From the NCBI RefSeq assembly GCF_009831105.1, contig NZ_WUUQ01000001.1:300001-332000 (forward strand): a stretch of 32,000 nt of DNA, written 5' to 3'. The translations under genes were made by a program, and so were the position numbers. Positions 8,351-16,714 of this stretch are shown here, in pieces; within the stretch, counting starts at the first letter, position 1, and each line of letters starts with the position of its first letter. Source of the DNA: Copranaerobaculum intestinale. GTDB taxonomy: Bacteria > Bacillota_I > Bacilli_A > Erysipelotrichales > Erysipelotrichaceae. A model generated the notes under the pieces. The model was not told the DNA's origin and did not search any database. It saw only the letters and a program-made list of their open reading frames with translations.

Positions 8351-10893
8351 TAAGCATCACCGTCCTTTTTTAATTCACACTTTAAATCATCAATCATTTT
8401 TAAAGCATCCATCGGCGTCATTGCATTGATATCAATTTGCTCAAGCATCGCTCTTATTTTTTTATCAGTACGATTTTCCTTTTCAATCACAATCGGTTGT
8501 TCGAAGGAGACTTCCTTTGTCTGCACCTCCAGATCATTCAAGAGCTGTTTCGCTCTTTCCAAGACGGAATCCGGAAGCTTGGCTAAACGGGCAACATTGA
8601 TACCATAGGATTTATCCGCTTTCCCCTCAGCCATACGATATAGAAAAGTAACATGTTCATCTTCTTCATGTACCTCTACATGAACATTTTGAATTGACGG
8701 ATTTTGATCGGCCAATGCTGTCAGTTCATGATAATGTGTTGAGAAAAGCGTTTTTGCCCGAATATGTACAGTAATGTATTCCAACATCGCCTGTGCCAGC
8801 GCCATGCCGTCATAAGTTGATGTTCCACGTCCTATTTCATCAAATAGGATCAATGAATTTTCTGTTGCGTTTTGCAGGGCATTGTTCGCTTCGATCATTT
8901 CCACCATGAAAGTGGACTGCCCGCTCATAATATCGTCACTCGCCCCAATACGGGTAAAAATCTGGTCGAAAATCGGAAGTTCCGCCCGGCGCGCCGGAAC
9001 ATAGCACCCGATTTGTGCCAACAGTACAATTAAGGCCGTTTGCCGCATATAAGTTGATTTACCGCCCATATTCGGACCGGTAATCATTAATACACTGCAA
9101 TCCGGATTCATATGCAGATCATTGGATACATACCGCGTCTCTTTCATCATTTTATCTAAAATCGGATGTCTGGCTTCTTCCAGAAGAATTTCATGTCTTG
9201 GATGGAACATTGGACGAATATAGCCATTTTCATTCGAAATAACAGCCAGCGCATAAAGGGCATCGATTGTTGCCAAAGTACTGGCAAGCTCGTGAAGTTT
9301 TGGCAGATAGACACGAATTTTTTCAAGCAGATCAAGAAACAGCTCGGTTTCCAATCGCACACTGCGCTCTTGCGCATGCACGATAGCATCTTCCTTTTCC
9401 TTCAGTTCTTCGGTGATAAAACGCTCTGCATTGGTTAATGTCTGCTTGCGAATATATCCAAATTCATCTTTTATTTGATTTAAATTTGCTTTTGTTACTT
9501 CAATATAATAACCGAATACTCGGTTATATCCGATTTTTAAAGATTTGATCTGGGTGCGGTCCCGTTCTTTATTCTCCAGTTCCAAAATCCAGTTTTTCCC
9601 GTTTTTGCCGATTTCTCTTACTCGATCCAGTTCATCATTATATCCTTCGACAAAGATACCGCCGTCGCGAATTCCAATCGGAGCTTCTTCTGCAATGATT
9701 CCTTGAATTTGATCATGAAGCTCATGCAGCTGGTCAACGCTTTGAAACTGCGGATACGCTTTACAGTCTTTCCAAAGCTCAAAAACGGCAGGTACACAAG
9801 CAAGCGTTTTAGAAAGCCGCTGAATATCACGCGGGTTTGCATTTCCGTATGCGATACGGGCGCTCAGACGCTCCAGATCATATACATTCTTTAGTTCTTC
9901 ACGAAGCTCATCTTTCGTTATAAAATTTTCATTTAAAAAATCAATGGCATCTAAACGCTGATTGATTGACTTTTCCTGAATCAGCGGATATTCGATCCAA
10001 CGCCGCAGCAGTCTGCTTCCCATCGCACTTTGGCACTTATCCAGAAATCCCCATAAGGTCTGTGATTTCCCTGTTGTTCTCAAAGGTGAGGTCAATTCCA
10101 GATTCTGTCTTGTTGAAAAATCCATTTGTACATACTGATCTTCATAGATCATTTCAACCATGCTCAGGTGCGACATGTTTCGCCGCTGTGTTTCTTCCAA
10201 ATAATTGGTCAACTGAGCAAATGCTTTCAGAATCCTTTCATCATCAATATGCTCAATAAGATGTGTATAATTCTCATTCATCGTTTGATTCTTCTGTAAA
10301 GAAACGGTAATCATTCGCAGCTCCTGAATCATTTTGATAAGCTTTTTATCAAAATGTTCATTGATGACGATTTCTTTCACATTGTTTCCGAGCAGCACCT
10401 TTTGAAGTGCCATAACATTACGATCAACCAACTGAGCATGCATTTCTCCAGTGGTCATTTCACATAATACTACAGCCAGTCCGTATTGATAATCTGAAAG
10501 AGAAGCAATCGTAACCGTCGTTTTTTCATCGCCGATCTCTTCCATAATCGTTCCCGGTGTGACGATCTTGATCACATCCCGCTTTACCAGCCCCTTTGCT
10601 TCCGCAGGATTTTCCATCTGTTCTACGATTGCGACCTTATATCCTTTTTGGATCAGACGCTGAATATATCCGTTTGCGGCATGATAAGGAATCCCGCACA
10701 TTGGTACTCGTTCTTCTACTCCGGCATTTCTTCCGGTCAGTACAAGATCCAATTCTTTTGAAGCCGTTTTCGCATCATCAAAAAACATTTCATAAAAATC
10801 TCCAAGCCGATAAAATACAATCGCATCCATATGCTGATTCTTAACTTCCAGATACTGATTCATCATCGGTGTATATATTCCTGCTTCCGGCAT
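8350..10893 (-). CDS. mutS: DNA mismatch repair protein MutS
   Basis: TPMMNQYLEVK N-terminus, Walker A ITGPNMGGKSTYMRQ, STFMVEM, DEIGRGTSTYDG. Start set at ATG 10893 (SD GGAAGGAAG upstream). The track's 10923 ATG lies only about 11 nt from the predicted TSS and has no SD. Confidence 0.93.
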   Translation of the reverse strand: MPEAGIYTPMMNQYLEVKNQHMDAIVFYRLGDFYEMFFDDAKTASKELDLVLTGRNAGVEERVPMCGIPYHAANGYIQRLIQKGYKVAIVEQMENPAEAKGLVKRDVIKIVTPGTIMEEIGDEKTTVTIASLSDYQYGLAVVLCEMTTGEMHAQLVDRNVMALQKVLLGNNVKEIVINEHFDKKLIKMIQELRMITVSLQKNQTMNENYTHLIEHIDDERILKAFAQLTNYLEETQRRNMSHLSMVEMIYEDQYVQMDFSTRQNLELTSPLRTTGKSQTLWGFLDKCQSAMGSRLLRRWIEYPLIQEKSINQRLDAIDFLNENFITKDELREELKNVYDLERLSARIAYGNANPRDIQRLSKTLACVPAVFELWKDCKAYPQFQSVDQLHELHDQIQGIIAEEAPIGIRDGGIFVEGYNDELDRVREIGKNGKNWILELENKERDRTQIKSLKIGYNRVFGYYIEVTKANLNQIKDEFGYIRKQTLTNAERFITEELKEKEDAIVHAQERSVRLETELFLDLLEKIRVYLPKLHELASTLATIDALYALAVISNENGYIRPMFHPRHEILLEEARHPILDKMMKETRYVSNDLHMNPDCSVLMITGPNMGGKSTYMRQTALIVLLAQIGCYVPARRAELPIFDQIFTRIGASDDIMSGQSTFMVEMIEANNALQNATENSLILFDEIGRGTSTYDGMALAQAMLEYITVHIRAKTLFSTHYHELTALADQNPSIQNVHVEVHEEDEHVTFLYRMAEGKADKSYGINVARLAKLPDSVLERAKQLLNDLEVQTKEVSFEQPIVIEKENRTDKKIRAMLEQIDINAMTPMDALKMIDDLKCELKKDGDA

Positions 10894-10933
10894 TCTCTGC
10901 GCACTTCCTTCCACCATAAACATTCTTTATTAA

Positions 10934-10949
10934 CTTATATATTATATCA
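10934..10949 (-). promoter_or_regulatory. Extended -10 promoter module TGATATAATATATAAG upstream of mutS
   Basis: - strand tttGaTATAATatataaG. The identical 16-mer also occurs at 20136-20151 and 27580-27595. Confidence 0.5.
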
Positions 10950-11029
10950 AATTTCTGATCCTTTGGGGAATGGTAAGAATAACAGAACATTATAAAAATG
11001 TTTGAAACCTTTGATTGGTATCTCACGAC

Positions 11030-11060
11030 AAAAAAGAAAACCGAACTTATTCGGTTTTCC
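11030..11060 (-). terminator. Rho-independent terminator after the PTS-like gene
   Basis: - strand GAAAACCGAA-taag-TTCGGTTTTC followed by TTTTTTG. The stop TAA is in the loop. Confidence 0.75.
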
Positions 11061-12594
11061 ATTGTTTCTGTTTCAATAAATGATTGATATCTGCACCTAC
11101 GATCGTCGATATATTTCCTAATCGTATCAGATAGCCTTCCTTTGCCTGCAATATCAAATAGGCACCATTTTCTTTTAATGCTTCAAAATCGACCAGATCA
11201 CGGTTGATCAAAGAAGCAGTCAATTTATCGGGACTGGATTCAATAGCCAGAATATTATCAATGCCGCCAAGTGCATTCACAACTTTCTCTGCGACCTCAC
11301 TGCGATTGCCAAGCTGGAGCAGTCCCAATGCGAATTTTTTGAAATATATCCGGGTCAGCATAAAAAATAACAAAAAACAAATAATACCCACGACTAAGAC
11401 GGTAATAATACTTCTCACCATATCTGGATTTCGAAAATATGGAATGAGATCAAGCAGACTGCCTGGATTTGCAGTCATCAGGGTTCCGCTTAAATTATAG
11501 CCGATATGCACATTCAATATCTGGAAAACAGCAAACAGCATTGCTGATATGATTAAGTATGTAACATAGAGAAGCGGCGCCATGACCAGCATAAAAATTT
11601 CAAATGGGAAAGTATTTCCACATAGAATGCTTAATACAACTGCTAGGATGAAAAACATCAGATATCGGCTGCGGTCCCGCTTGCTTTTTACCAGTGAATA
11701 ATAGCCGAGCAGAAATCCCGGTATCATAAAGATATTCATGATGTAATAAGGTGTGATAAATCTGCCGGCAGTTAAATCAAGTGAATTTGTAGCCTGATAG
11801 GTCCAAATTGCTACATCTCCAACATGTTTGATCCCTGAAGCATCAATCAGGCTGCCGCCTGCCTCACCCATCCAAAAAGCGCTGTGTGTGATATCTGACA
11901 TATGCAGAATTTCGGATATTCTGTCGATCAATCCATAATAGAAAAGGTTAATCGGACTTGTGATATCATCGGCAATAAAATTATGTATAAACTCAATTCC
12001 CTGTACGATCAGCGGCCAGATAAAAGCAAATAGAATTCCTGTGATCAGACAACAGACAAATACAGAAAGCATTGCCCAGGCATCATGATCGATAAAGGAT
12101 AAAACTCCATGCATGGAATGATGGCGAGACCGAAGATACGCAAACTTTGTGATAAAGTATGTTGCGACGATCGGAATTATGCCCATATTATATGGGACTA
12201 AATAACCTTCCGCAAATATTTTTGATTTAGTAAAATTTATTTCGATGCCCAATACATCGTTATAGAAATAAGTGGGAAGATCGGTTTTCATAAAAAACAG
12301 AATACCGATATATAAAATAATCAATCCAAAGAAACCTATCAGTACTGGTACAGAATCTTCAAAACGCTTTGATAAAACTTTGATAAATACGATTAACGGA
12401 AATATTTGAATCATAAATCCGCCGATATATTTCAGCATCTCACAGATACGGATGATATATTCGTTATCGACCTGCCATATATAATTCAGGTTGGGATTTA
12501 AGACGGAACTGCCAAGCCCCAGCAGCACAACTCCGAAGAACAGAATTTTTAATGGAAACTGCACATATTCCAGCAGTCCATGCCATCTTTCCAT
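11047..12594 (-). CDS. PTS glucose-family EIIC-EIIB-like membrane protein with apparently degenerate catalytic motifs
   Basis: 515 aa, about 10 TM segments. Regions resemble the PtsG-type EIIC pattern: GLIDR..ILHM.. (cf. LHH), GDVAIW, IPGFLLGYYSLVKSKRDR, and GNTFPFEIF in place of GITEPIEF. The C-terminal ALGGIDNILAIESSPDKLTASL aligns by eye with EIIB LGG..NI....C.TRLR but lacks the Cys. Confidence 0.6.
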   Translation of the reverse strand: MERWHGLLEYVQFPLKILFFGVVLLGLGSSVLNPNLNYIWQVDNEYIIRICEMLKYIGGFMIQIFPLIVFIKVLSKRFEDSVPVLIGFFGLIILYIGILFFMKTDLPTYFYNDVLGIEINFTKSKIFAEGYLVPYNMGIIPIVATYFITKFAYLRSRHHSMHGVLSFIDHDAWAMLSVFVCCLITGILFAFIWPLIVQGIEFIHNFIADDITSPINLFYYGLIDRISEILHMSDITHSAFWMGEAGGSLIDASGIKHVGDVAIWTYQATNSLDLTAGRFITPYYIMNIFMIPGFLLGYYSLVKSKRDRSRYLMFFILAVVLSILCGNTFPFEIFMLVMAPLLYVTYLIISAMLFAVFQILNVHIGYNLSGTLMTANPGSLLDLIPYFRNPDMVRSIITVLVVGIICFLLFFMLTRIYFKKFALGLLQLGNRSEVAEKVVNALGGIDNILAIESSPDKLTASLINRDLVDFEALKENGAYLILQAKEGYLIRLGNISTIVGADINHLLKQKQWKTE

Positions 12595-12653
12595 ACCATC
12601 ACCTCGCCATATTATGATACCATAGAAAAAGCTTTAAAATCCATAAAGTTCGA

Positions 12654-12680
12654 TTTTTCCAAATTTGACAATTTTGGAAA
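12654..12680. promoter_or_regulatory. Perfect 9-bp inverted repeat TTTTCCAAA-N9-TTTGGAAAA in a divergent intergenic region
   Basis: Read directly. Arms are at 12654-12662 and 12672-12680, and the spacer contains TTGACA. Each arm is one mismatch from the local DnaA-box variant TTTTCCACA. Confidence 0.3.
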
Positions 12681-12737
12681 AGAACACGTTTTTCAATATT
12701 TTGAGCGGAAACATTTAATGATATAAAAACAAAACAA

Positions 12738-12746
12738 TGATATAAT
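12738..12746 (+). promoter_or_regulatory. Extended -10 promoter TGATATAAT for the SEDS gene
   Basis: + strand caaTGaTATAATaag, 28 nt upstream of ATG 12774 (SD GGAG at 12763). Confidence 0.45.
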
Positions 12747-12773
12747 AAGAAACGTATCCAATGGAGTGATGTT

Positions 12774-13991
12774 ATGAAACAAGAACTATCCCGTGTAAAA
12801 GAGGCGAAGCATTTTGACTTCTTATTAATAGGAGTTATCTTTGTCATGTTCTTAACTAGTCTGGTTGCAATTTATTCAGCATTTCCGCTGCTGCCGGCAT
12901 ACCTCAGCGGCACCAAACTGATTGCACAGCAGATCATGTGGTACGTGCTGGGATTTATTGCTCTTGGTGTAATTATGTTTAACGGAAATGATAATATATA
13001 TGATTTTGCGAAAATCGGTTATTGGATATTGATGGGTGCGTTGGTTCTTCTGCTAATCAATCAGGGAGTAAATCGCATCTTTGGTGATTCTGTCAATCTG
13101 CCGTTCATTCACTCGACAAACGGTGCGACCTCATGGTTCTACTTTCCTGGGTTTTCCATTCAGCCAAGTGAATTCATGAAAATCATTCTGATCATTATTG
13201 TAGCGAATATTATCAATGAGCATAACAAAGATAAAACAGAATTTACGTTTCAGAGCGATTTTGAATTATTTATAAAAATTGGTAAATGGGCAGTGCCGCC
13301 GATGCTTCTTATTTTGATCCAACCGGATACCGGAGTGGTTATTATTATCGCAATCAGCATCCTGATTATGCTGATGTGTTCAGGAATCCGCAGAGAATGG
13401 ATATTGGTAGGATTAAGTATTCTGGTGGTCGGAGTCGCTCTATTCTTATATTTGTATTATTATCATAATGCAGATTTTATTGCTATGATGGGCGGTTCTT
13501 ATAAAGTAAAACGCATTACCGGATGGTTAAGCACGGAAAACTATATTCAAAGTGACGGCAATCAGCTTTATACTGCATTGCTTGCTCTTGGTTCTGCCGG
13601 GATCTTCGGCTATGGATTGCAGGCAAAAGTGGTTACAATTCTGGAGCCGCAGACAGATTTTATCTTTGCTGTATTTGGACAAAGTTTTGGATTGATCGGA
13701 ACCTTGTTGATTATCGCCTTGTGTATCATGCTGGATTATTGTCTGTATCGAATTATTATCCGTTCGCGAAATACTTTTGAAAAACTGATTGTAATCGGCA
13801 TTTTGGGAATACTTTTGTTTCAGCAGATTCAAAATATCGGTATGATAATTGGTTTATTGCCGATTACCGGGATTACCCTGCCTTTTATATCTTATGGAGG
13901 TTCTTCGATTTTATCCTACCTGCTCGCATTTGGAATTGTGATGAATACCAGTGCCAAAGCTCGCAGAAGTTCAGATTACAAATATGAATAA
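12774..13991 (+). CDS. FtsW/RodA/SpoVE (SEDS) family peptidoglycan glycosyltransferase
   Basis: 405 aa polytopic. QPSEFMKI, IQPDTG, EPQTDFIFAV and LPITGITLPFISYGGSS are SEDS signatures. Confidence 0.88.
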   Translation: MKQELSRVKEAKHFDFLLIGVIFVMFLTSLVAIYSAFPLLPAYLSGTKLIAQQIMWYVLGFIALGVIMFNGNDNIYDFAKIGYWILMGALVLLLINQGVNRIFGDSVNLPFIHSTNGATSWFYFPGFSIQPSEFMKIILIIIVANIINEHNKDKTEFTFQSDFELFIKIGKWAVPPMLLILIQPDTGVVIIIAISILIMLMCSGIRREWILVGLSILVVGVALFLYLYYYHNADFIAMMGGSYKVKRITGWLSTENYIQSDGNQLYTALLALGSAGIFGYGLQAKVVTILEPQTDFIFAVFGQSFGLIGTLLIIALCIMLDYCLYRIIIRSRNTFEKLIVIGILGILLFQQIQNIGMIIGLLPITGITLPFISYGGSSILSYLLAFGIVMNTSAKARRSSDYKYE

Positions 13992-14016
13992 AGACCGGTA
14001 ATTGCCGGTCTTTTAA
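13989..14016. terminator. Bidirectional terminator between the convergent SEDS gene and nadK
   Basis: AAGACCGG-taattg-CCGGTCTT flanked by A/T runs. Abuts both stop codons. Confidence 0.7.
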
Positions 14017-14801
14017 TATAGATTTTTTAACCGTTTAAGATAGCTGTATGGACGATAACGAGCAAAATGAACACAGCGATCAGAAATAGTACAGACTACC
14101 TTTTGAATGTTTTCCAAGTCCATATATAAATGATCGTAGCATAACAATGCGTGATTGAATGTATCGGACATAAATGTTACTGAACGATTTCTCATCATGA
14201 TATACGGGACGCCTAAGGAATGATGTTTACTGTGCTGTATGCTGGTTATCTCACTAAGCTGCATAATCGATAAACCACTGTCAATAACCGCACCTCCCAA
14301 AGAACGGTTATAAGCGGTTGATCCTACCTGTGTTGACAGGCATACGCCGGTACCACGACATTTTTCAAAATGCTCACCGTCAATATAGACATCAATGACT
14401 TGCGTACGGATAATATTTTCAATGCGCATTTCATTCAATGCATAAATTGTTTTGGAATACTGAGGAACATCACCAATCAGATTGACTTCCAGCAAAGCTG
14501 CGGTAAAATCATCACACGGTTCACTGAGAATATCGTGTATACAACTATCTATTTCCTGATCTGTATACTCCGTAAAGAATCCAAGCGTACCTGTATGCAC
14601 GCCAATGAACTTAGCTGTGTCTAACTTATTCAAATATTTATGAACAGCATACAGTATCGTTCCATCACCACCGACACAAATTACCAGATCCGGGTTTTTT
14701 TCATCTACGATCATACCGCTTTTCACAAGATTGATTTCCAGTTGATTTTTAATGGATAAGGAATGATCATCCTTCCTTATTACAAAAGCAATTTTTTTCA
14801 T
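14013..14801 (-). CDS. nadK: NAD kinase
   Basis: Start re-called at MKKIAFVIRK (ATG 14801, SD AAGGAAG 7 nt upstream). GGDGT motif (VICVGGDGTILYA) and NEMRIEN. The 54-codon upstream extension in the track would overlap the divergent CYTH gene start. Confidence 0.88.
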   Translation of the reverse strand: MKKIAFVIRKDDHSLSIKNQLEINLVKSGMIVDEKNPDLVICVGGDGTILYAVHKYLNKLDTAKFIGVHTGTLGFFTEYTDQEIDSCIHDILSEPCDDFTAALLEVNLIGDVPQYSKTIYALNEMRIENIIRTQVIDVYIDGEHFEKCRGTGVCLSTQVGSTAYNRSLGGAVIDSGLSIMQLSEITSIQHSKHHSLGVPYIMMRNRSVTFMSDTFNHALLCYDHLYMDLENIQKVVCTISDRCVHFARYRPYSYLKRLKNLY

Positions 14802-14859
14802 GATATGACTTCCTTTTACCTTACTTTCTATTGTATCATAACAGAGGCAGGTGAGAAAC

Positions 14860-15411
14860 ATGGAAAAAAATATTGAAACCGAGTATAAGATTTTAGTGAA
14901 TAGGGAAACGTTTAACCGACTGCTTGCGAAGTATCCGAATGCTGTATTCAAAGAACAGATCAATACCTACTTTGATAACAATCAGCAGGATATTGCTAAA
15001 GCACATGGAGCGATGCGAATCCGTGAAAAGAATGGTTTTATGTTCACATTAAAAATGCCTTCTGAGGAAGGTCTTTTGGAATATGAAAGCGTAGTAACAA
15101 GCGATGATTGTTCTGCTTTGAATCAAGCGGATATACAGGCATTATTGGCTCAATACCATATTCAAGGGCCATTCCACGAAACCGCAAAGCTGATTACGAA
15201 ACGAGCAGTCATTGATACCGGTTATGCCGAATTGTGTTTTGATAGCAGTCGCTATGGTAATCACCATGATTATGAAATCGAATATGAAATTATTAAACCG
15301 CATGATGGAATAACAGCTTTTCAAAAGATATTGGATACCGTAGGACTTCACTATGAAAAAAACTGTGATTCAAAGATCAAACGAGCATTGGATGCCTTAT
15401 GCGAGGAATAA
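14860..15411 (+). CDS. CYTH-domain triphosphate tunnel metalloenzyme (YjbK-like)
   Basis: N-terminal ExExK signature (IETEYKIL) and a later R.R (MRIREK). ATG 14860 is preceded by GAGGCAGGTGAG. CYTH next to NAD kinase is a known Bacillus-type association (yjbK...ppnKA). Confidence 0.8.
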   Translation: MEKNIETEYKILVNRETFNRLLAKYPNAVFKEQINTYFDNNQQDIAKAHGAMRIREKNGFMFTLKMPSEEGLLEYESVVTSDDCSALNQADIQALLAQYHIQGPFHETAKLITKRAVIDTGYAELCFDSSRYGNHHDYEIEYEIIKPHDGITAFQKILDTVGLHYEKNCDSKIKRALDALCEE

Positions 15412-15662
15412 TTGCTTATATTATTTGTATCAGCTTTATCGTACTGCTCCTTATGATATGGGATAAAATCCAGGCAAAGCAAAAGAAACCAAGAATTCCC
15501 GAAGCAACACTTCTTCTCCTTTCAGCAGCTGGAGGTGCTGCCGGCTGTTTCATCGGCATGCTTTTGGTTCGCCATAAGATAAGAAAACCGCGCTTTTTCA
15601 TTACAGTTCCCATTATGACGATTCTTCAACTTGGGTTACTCATACTCTATATAAAAAAATGA
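15399..15662 (+). CDS. DUF1294-family small membrane protein
   Basis: 87 aa. WDKIQAKQKKPRIPE..LLLLSAAGGAAGCFIGMLLVRHKIRKPRF matches my memory of the DUF1294 pattern. Overlaps the CYTH gene by 13 nt. Confidence 0.7.
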   Translation: MRGIIAYIICISFIVLLLMIWDKIQAKQKKPRIPEATLLLLSAAGGAAGCFIGMLLVRHKIRKPRFFITVPIMTILQLGLLILYIKK

Positions 15663-15685
15663 GAATTTATCATCTCATTTTTTTA
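15653..15685. terminator. Bidirectional terminator between DUF1294 and the orphan gene
   Basis: AAAAAAA-ATGAGA-atttatca-TCTCAT-TTTTTTT. The hairpin is weak (6 bp, AT-rich) but has symmetric A/T runs. Confidence 0.5.
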
Positions 15686-16627
15686 TTTTATTTCACGCAT
15701 TATTTGATACTGAATATGCAGATCATTTAGAATATGTTTTACATCAATTGAAATTTCCTGATTAAAAAACATCATAAGATGAACATCCTCATAGGTTTCT
15801 AATGCGGATTTTAAATAGCTGCGGTAGATAAGGTAGTGTCCTATCGCATATTGAAAAGAAGCTTGAAATGCATTACTATTCACAATCAGTGGAATCGCAA
15901 CGATTAATTCATTTGCAGAACGTATAATAAAATCGCTGCGAGAATCCGGCAGAAATTGTGAATGCGGATAATGCTGCATCAAGGAAATAGCATATTTTGC
16001 ATTGCGCTTATTTTCATATACCGTATAATAATTTTCCTTGATCATTTCATATGCATTCACAACAGCACTGAATACCGCATCGTTTCGAAAATCAGCAGCT
16101 GGATCGTCCTGAAGCATAGCTGTCCACATATCAACTCCAAATTCATCGGCTTTCTGTAATATTTTTGATGTGATCATCGGATCTTCTCTATCCAGATAAA
16201 AGAAGCTTTCTATTTTATTAGAGATAACTATTCCAAATTCACTTAAATAAATCGGTTCTTGGAAAAAAACAACTGACTCCAATTCCATACAGTTCAGTCG
16301 TGCCGGTATTTTCTTATCTTTTGAAACCTTACAAATTGCTTCTGACAACTGATTAAAAGACGGATATCCGTTTCGTTCCTGATAACGATTCCACATCCCC
16401 TTTAAGGATAAAGTTTTAGTTTGTTTCAGTTTACCGTAACCGATCAATCCTTTTTCTCGTCCTCTTCCCTTCTCTGTACCTTTTGCCAAAAAAAACAACA
16501 TATCCCCTTTTTTAAAGTCGCTGATTTTTTTACCGGCGGAAGGCCGCCAAAAATTTATTTCCGTATTTCCATTTAAACGATGATAAGAAATCATATTCTG
16601 ATCGGTAATATAAGCAATTGAAGCCAT
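15683..16627 (-). CDS. Hypothetical protein: N-terminal PUA/EVE-like domain (as in N-termini of some HNH restriction-type nucleases) plus an unrecognised C-terminal domain
   Basis: 314-aa clean ORF, ATG 16627 with SD AGGTGA. N-terminal IAYITDQNMISYHRL..TEINFWRPS..ISDFKKGDMLFFLAKG....GLIGYGKL.....LKGMWNRYQERNGYPSFNQL resembles, from memory only, the ..TD..W...L......EVNFW.P......L.PGE.FLF.L....I.G.G pattern. I recognise no motif in residues 150-314. Confidence 0.5.
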   Translation of the reverse strand: MASIAYITDQNMISYHRLNGNTEINFWRPSAGKKISDFKKGDMLFFLAKGTEKGRGREKGLIGYGKLKQTKTLSLKGMWNRYQERNGYPSFNQLSEAICKVSKDKKIPARLNCMELESVVFFQEPIYLSEFGIVISNKIESFFYLDREDPMITSKILQKADEFGVDMWTAMLQDDPAADFRNDAVFSAVVNAYEMIKENYYTVYENKRNAKYAISLMQHYPHSQFLPDSRSDFIIRSANELIVAIPLIVNSNAFQASFQYAIGHYLIYRSYLKSALETYEDVHLMMFFNQEISIDVKHILNDLHIQYQIMREIK

Positions 16628-16653
16628 ATTATCACCTGCTTTTATATATCTCT

Positions 16654-16662
16654 ATTTTATCA
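16654..16662 (-). promoter_or_regulatory. Putative extended -10 promoter TGATAAAAT for the orphan gene
   Basis: - strand caTGaTAAAATag, located between the recR terminator and the orphan ATG. Confidence 0.4.
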
Positions 16663-16687
16663 TGAATCAATTTTCAAAGGAAGATAC

Positions 16688-16713
16688 AAAAAAAAGAGGA
16701 CATTTCCTCTTTT
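16688..16713 (-). terminator. Rho-independent terminator after recR
   Basis: - strand AAGAGGA-aatg-TCCTCTT followed by TTTTTTTT, immediately after the recR stop. Confidence 0.75.
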
Positions 16714-16714
16714 A

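Noticed and set aside
12599-12847. 82-aa - strand ORF spanning the divergent promoter region and the SEDS gene start. Similar cases are 10841-11062 and 1117-1464.
   Set aside because: These overlap well-supported genes or promoters, have no SD, and their composition is consistent with chance ORFs in AT-rich DNA.
14802-14963. 54-codon N-terminal extension of the NAD kinase ORF in the track
   Set aside because: The extension has no SD, would overlap the divergent CYTH gene start and shared promoter region, and is hydrophobic junk. The internal ATG 14801 has a strong SD and gives a canonical MKKIAF... NAD kinase N-terminus.
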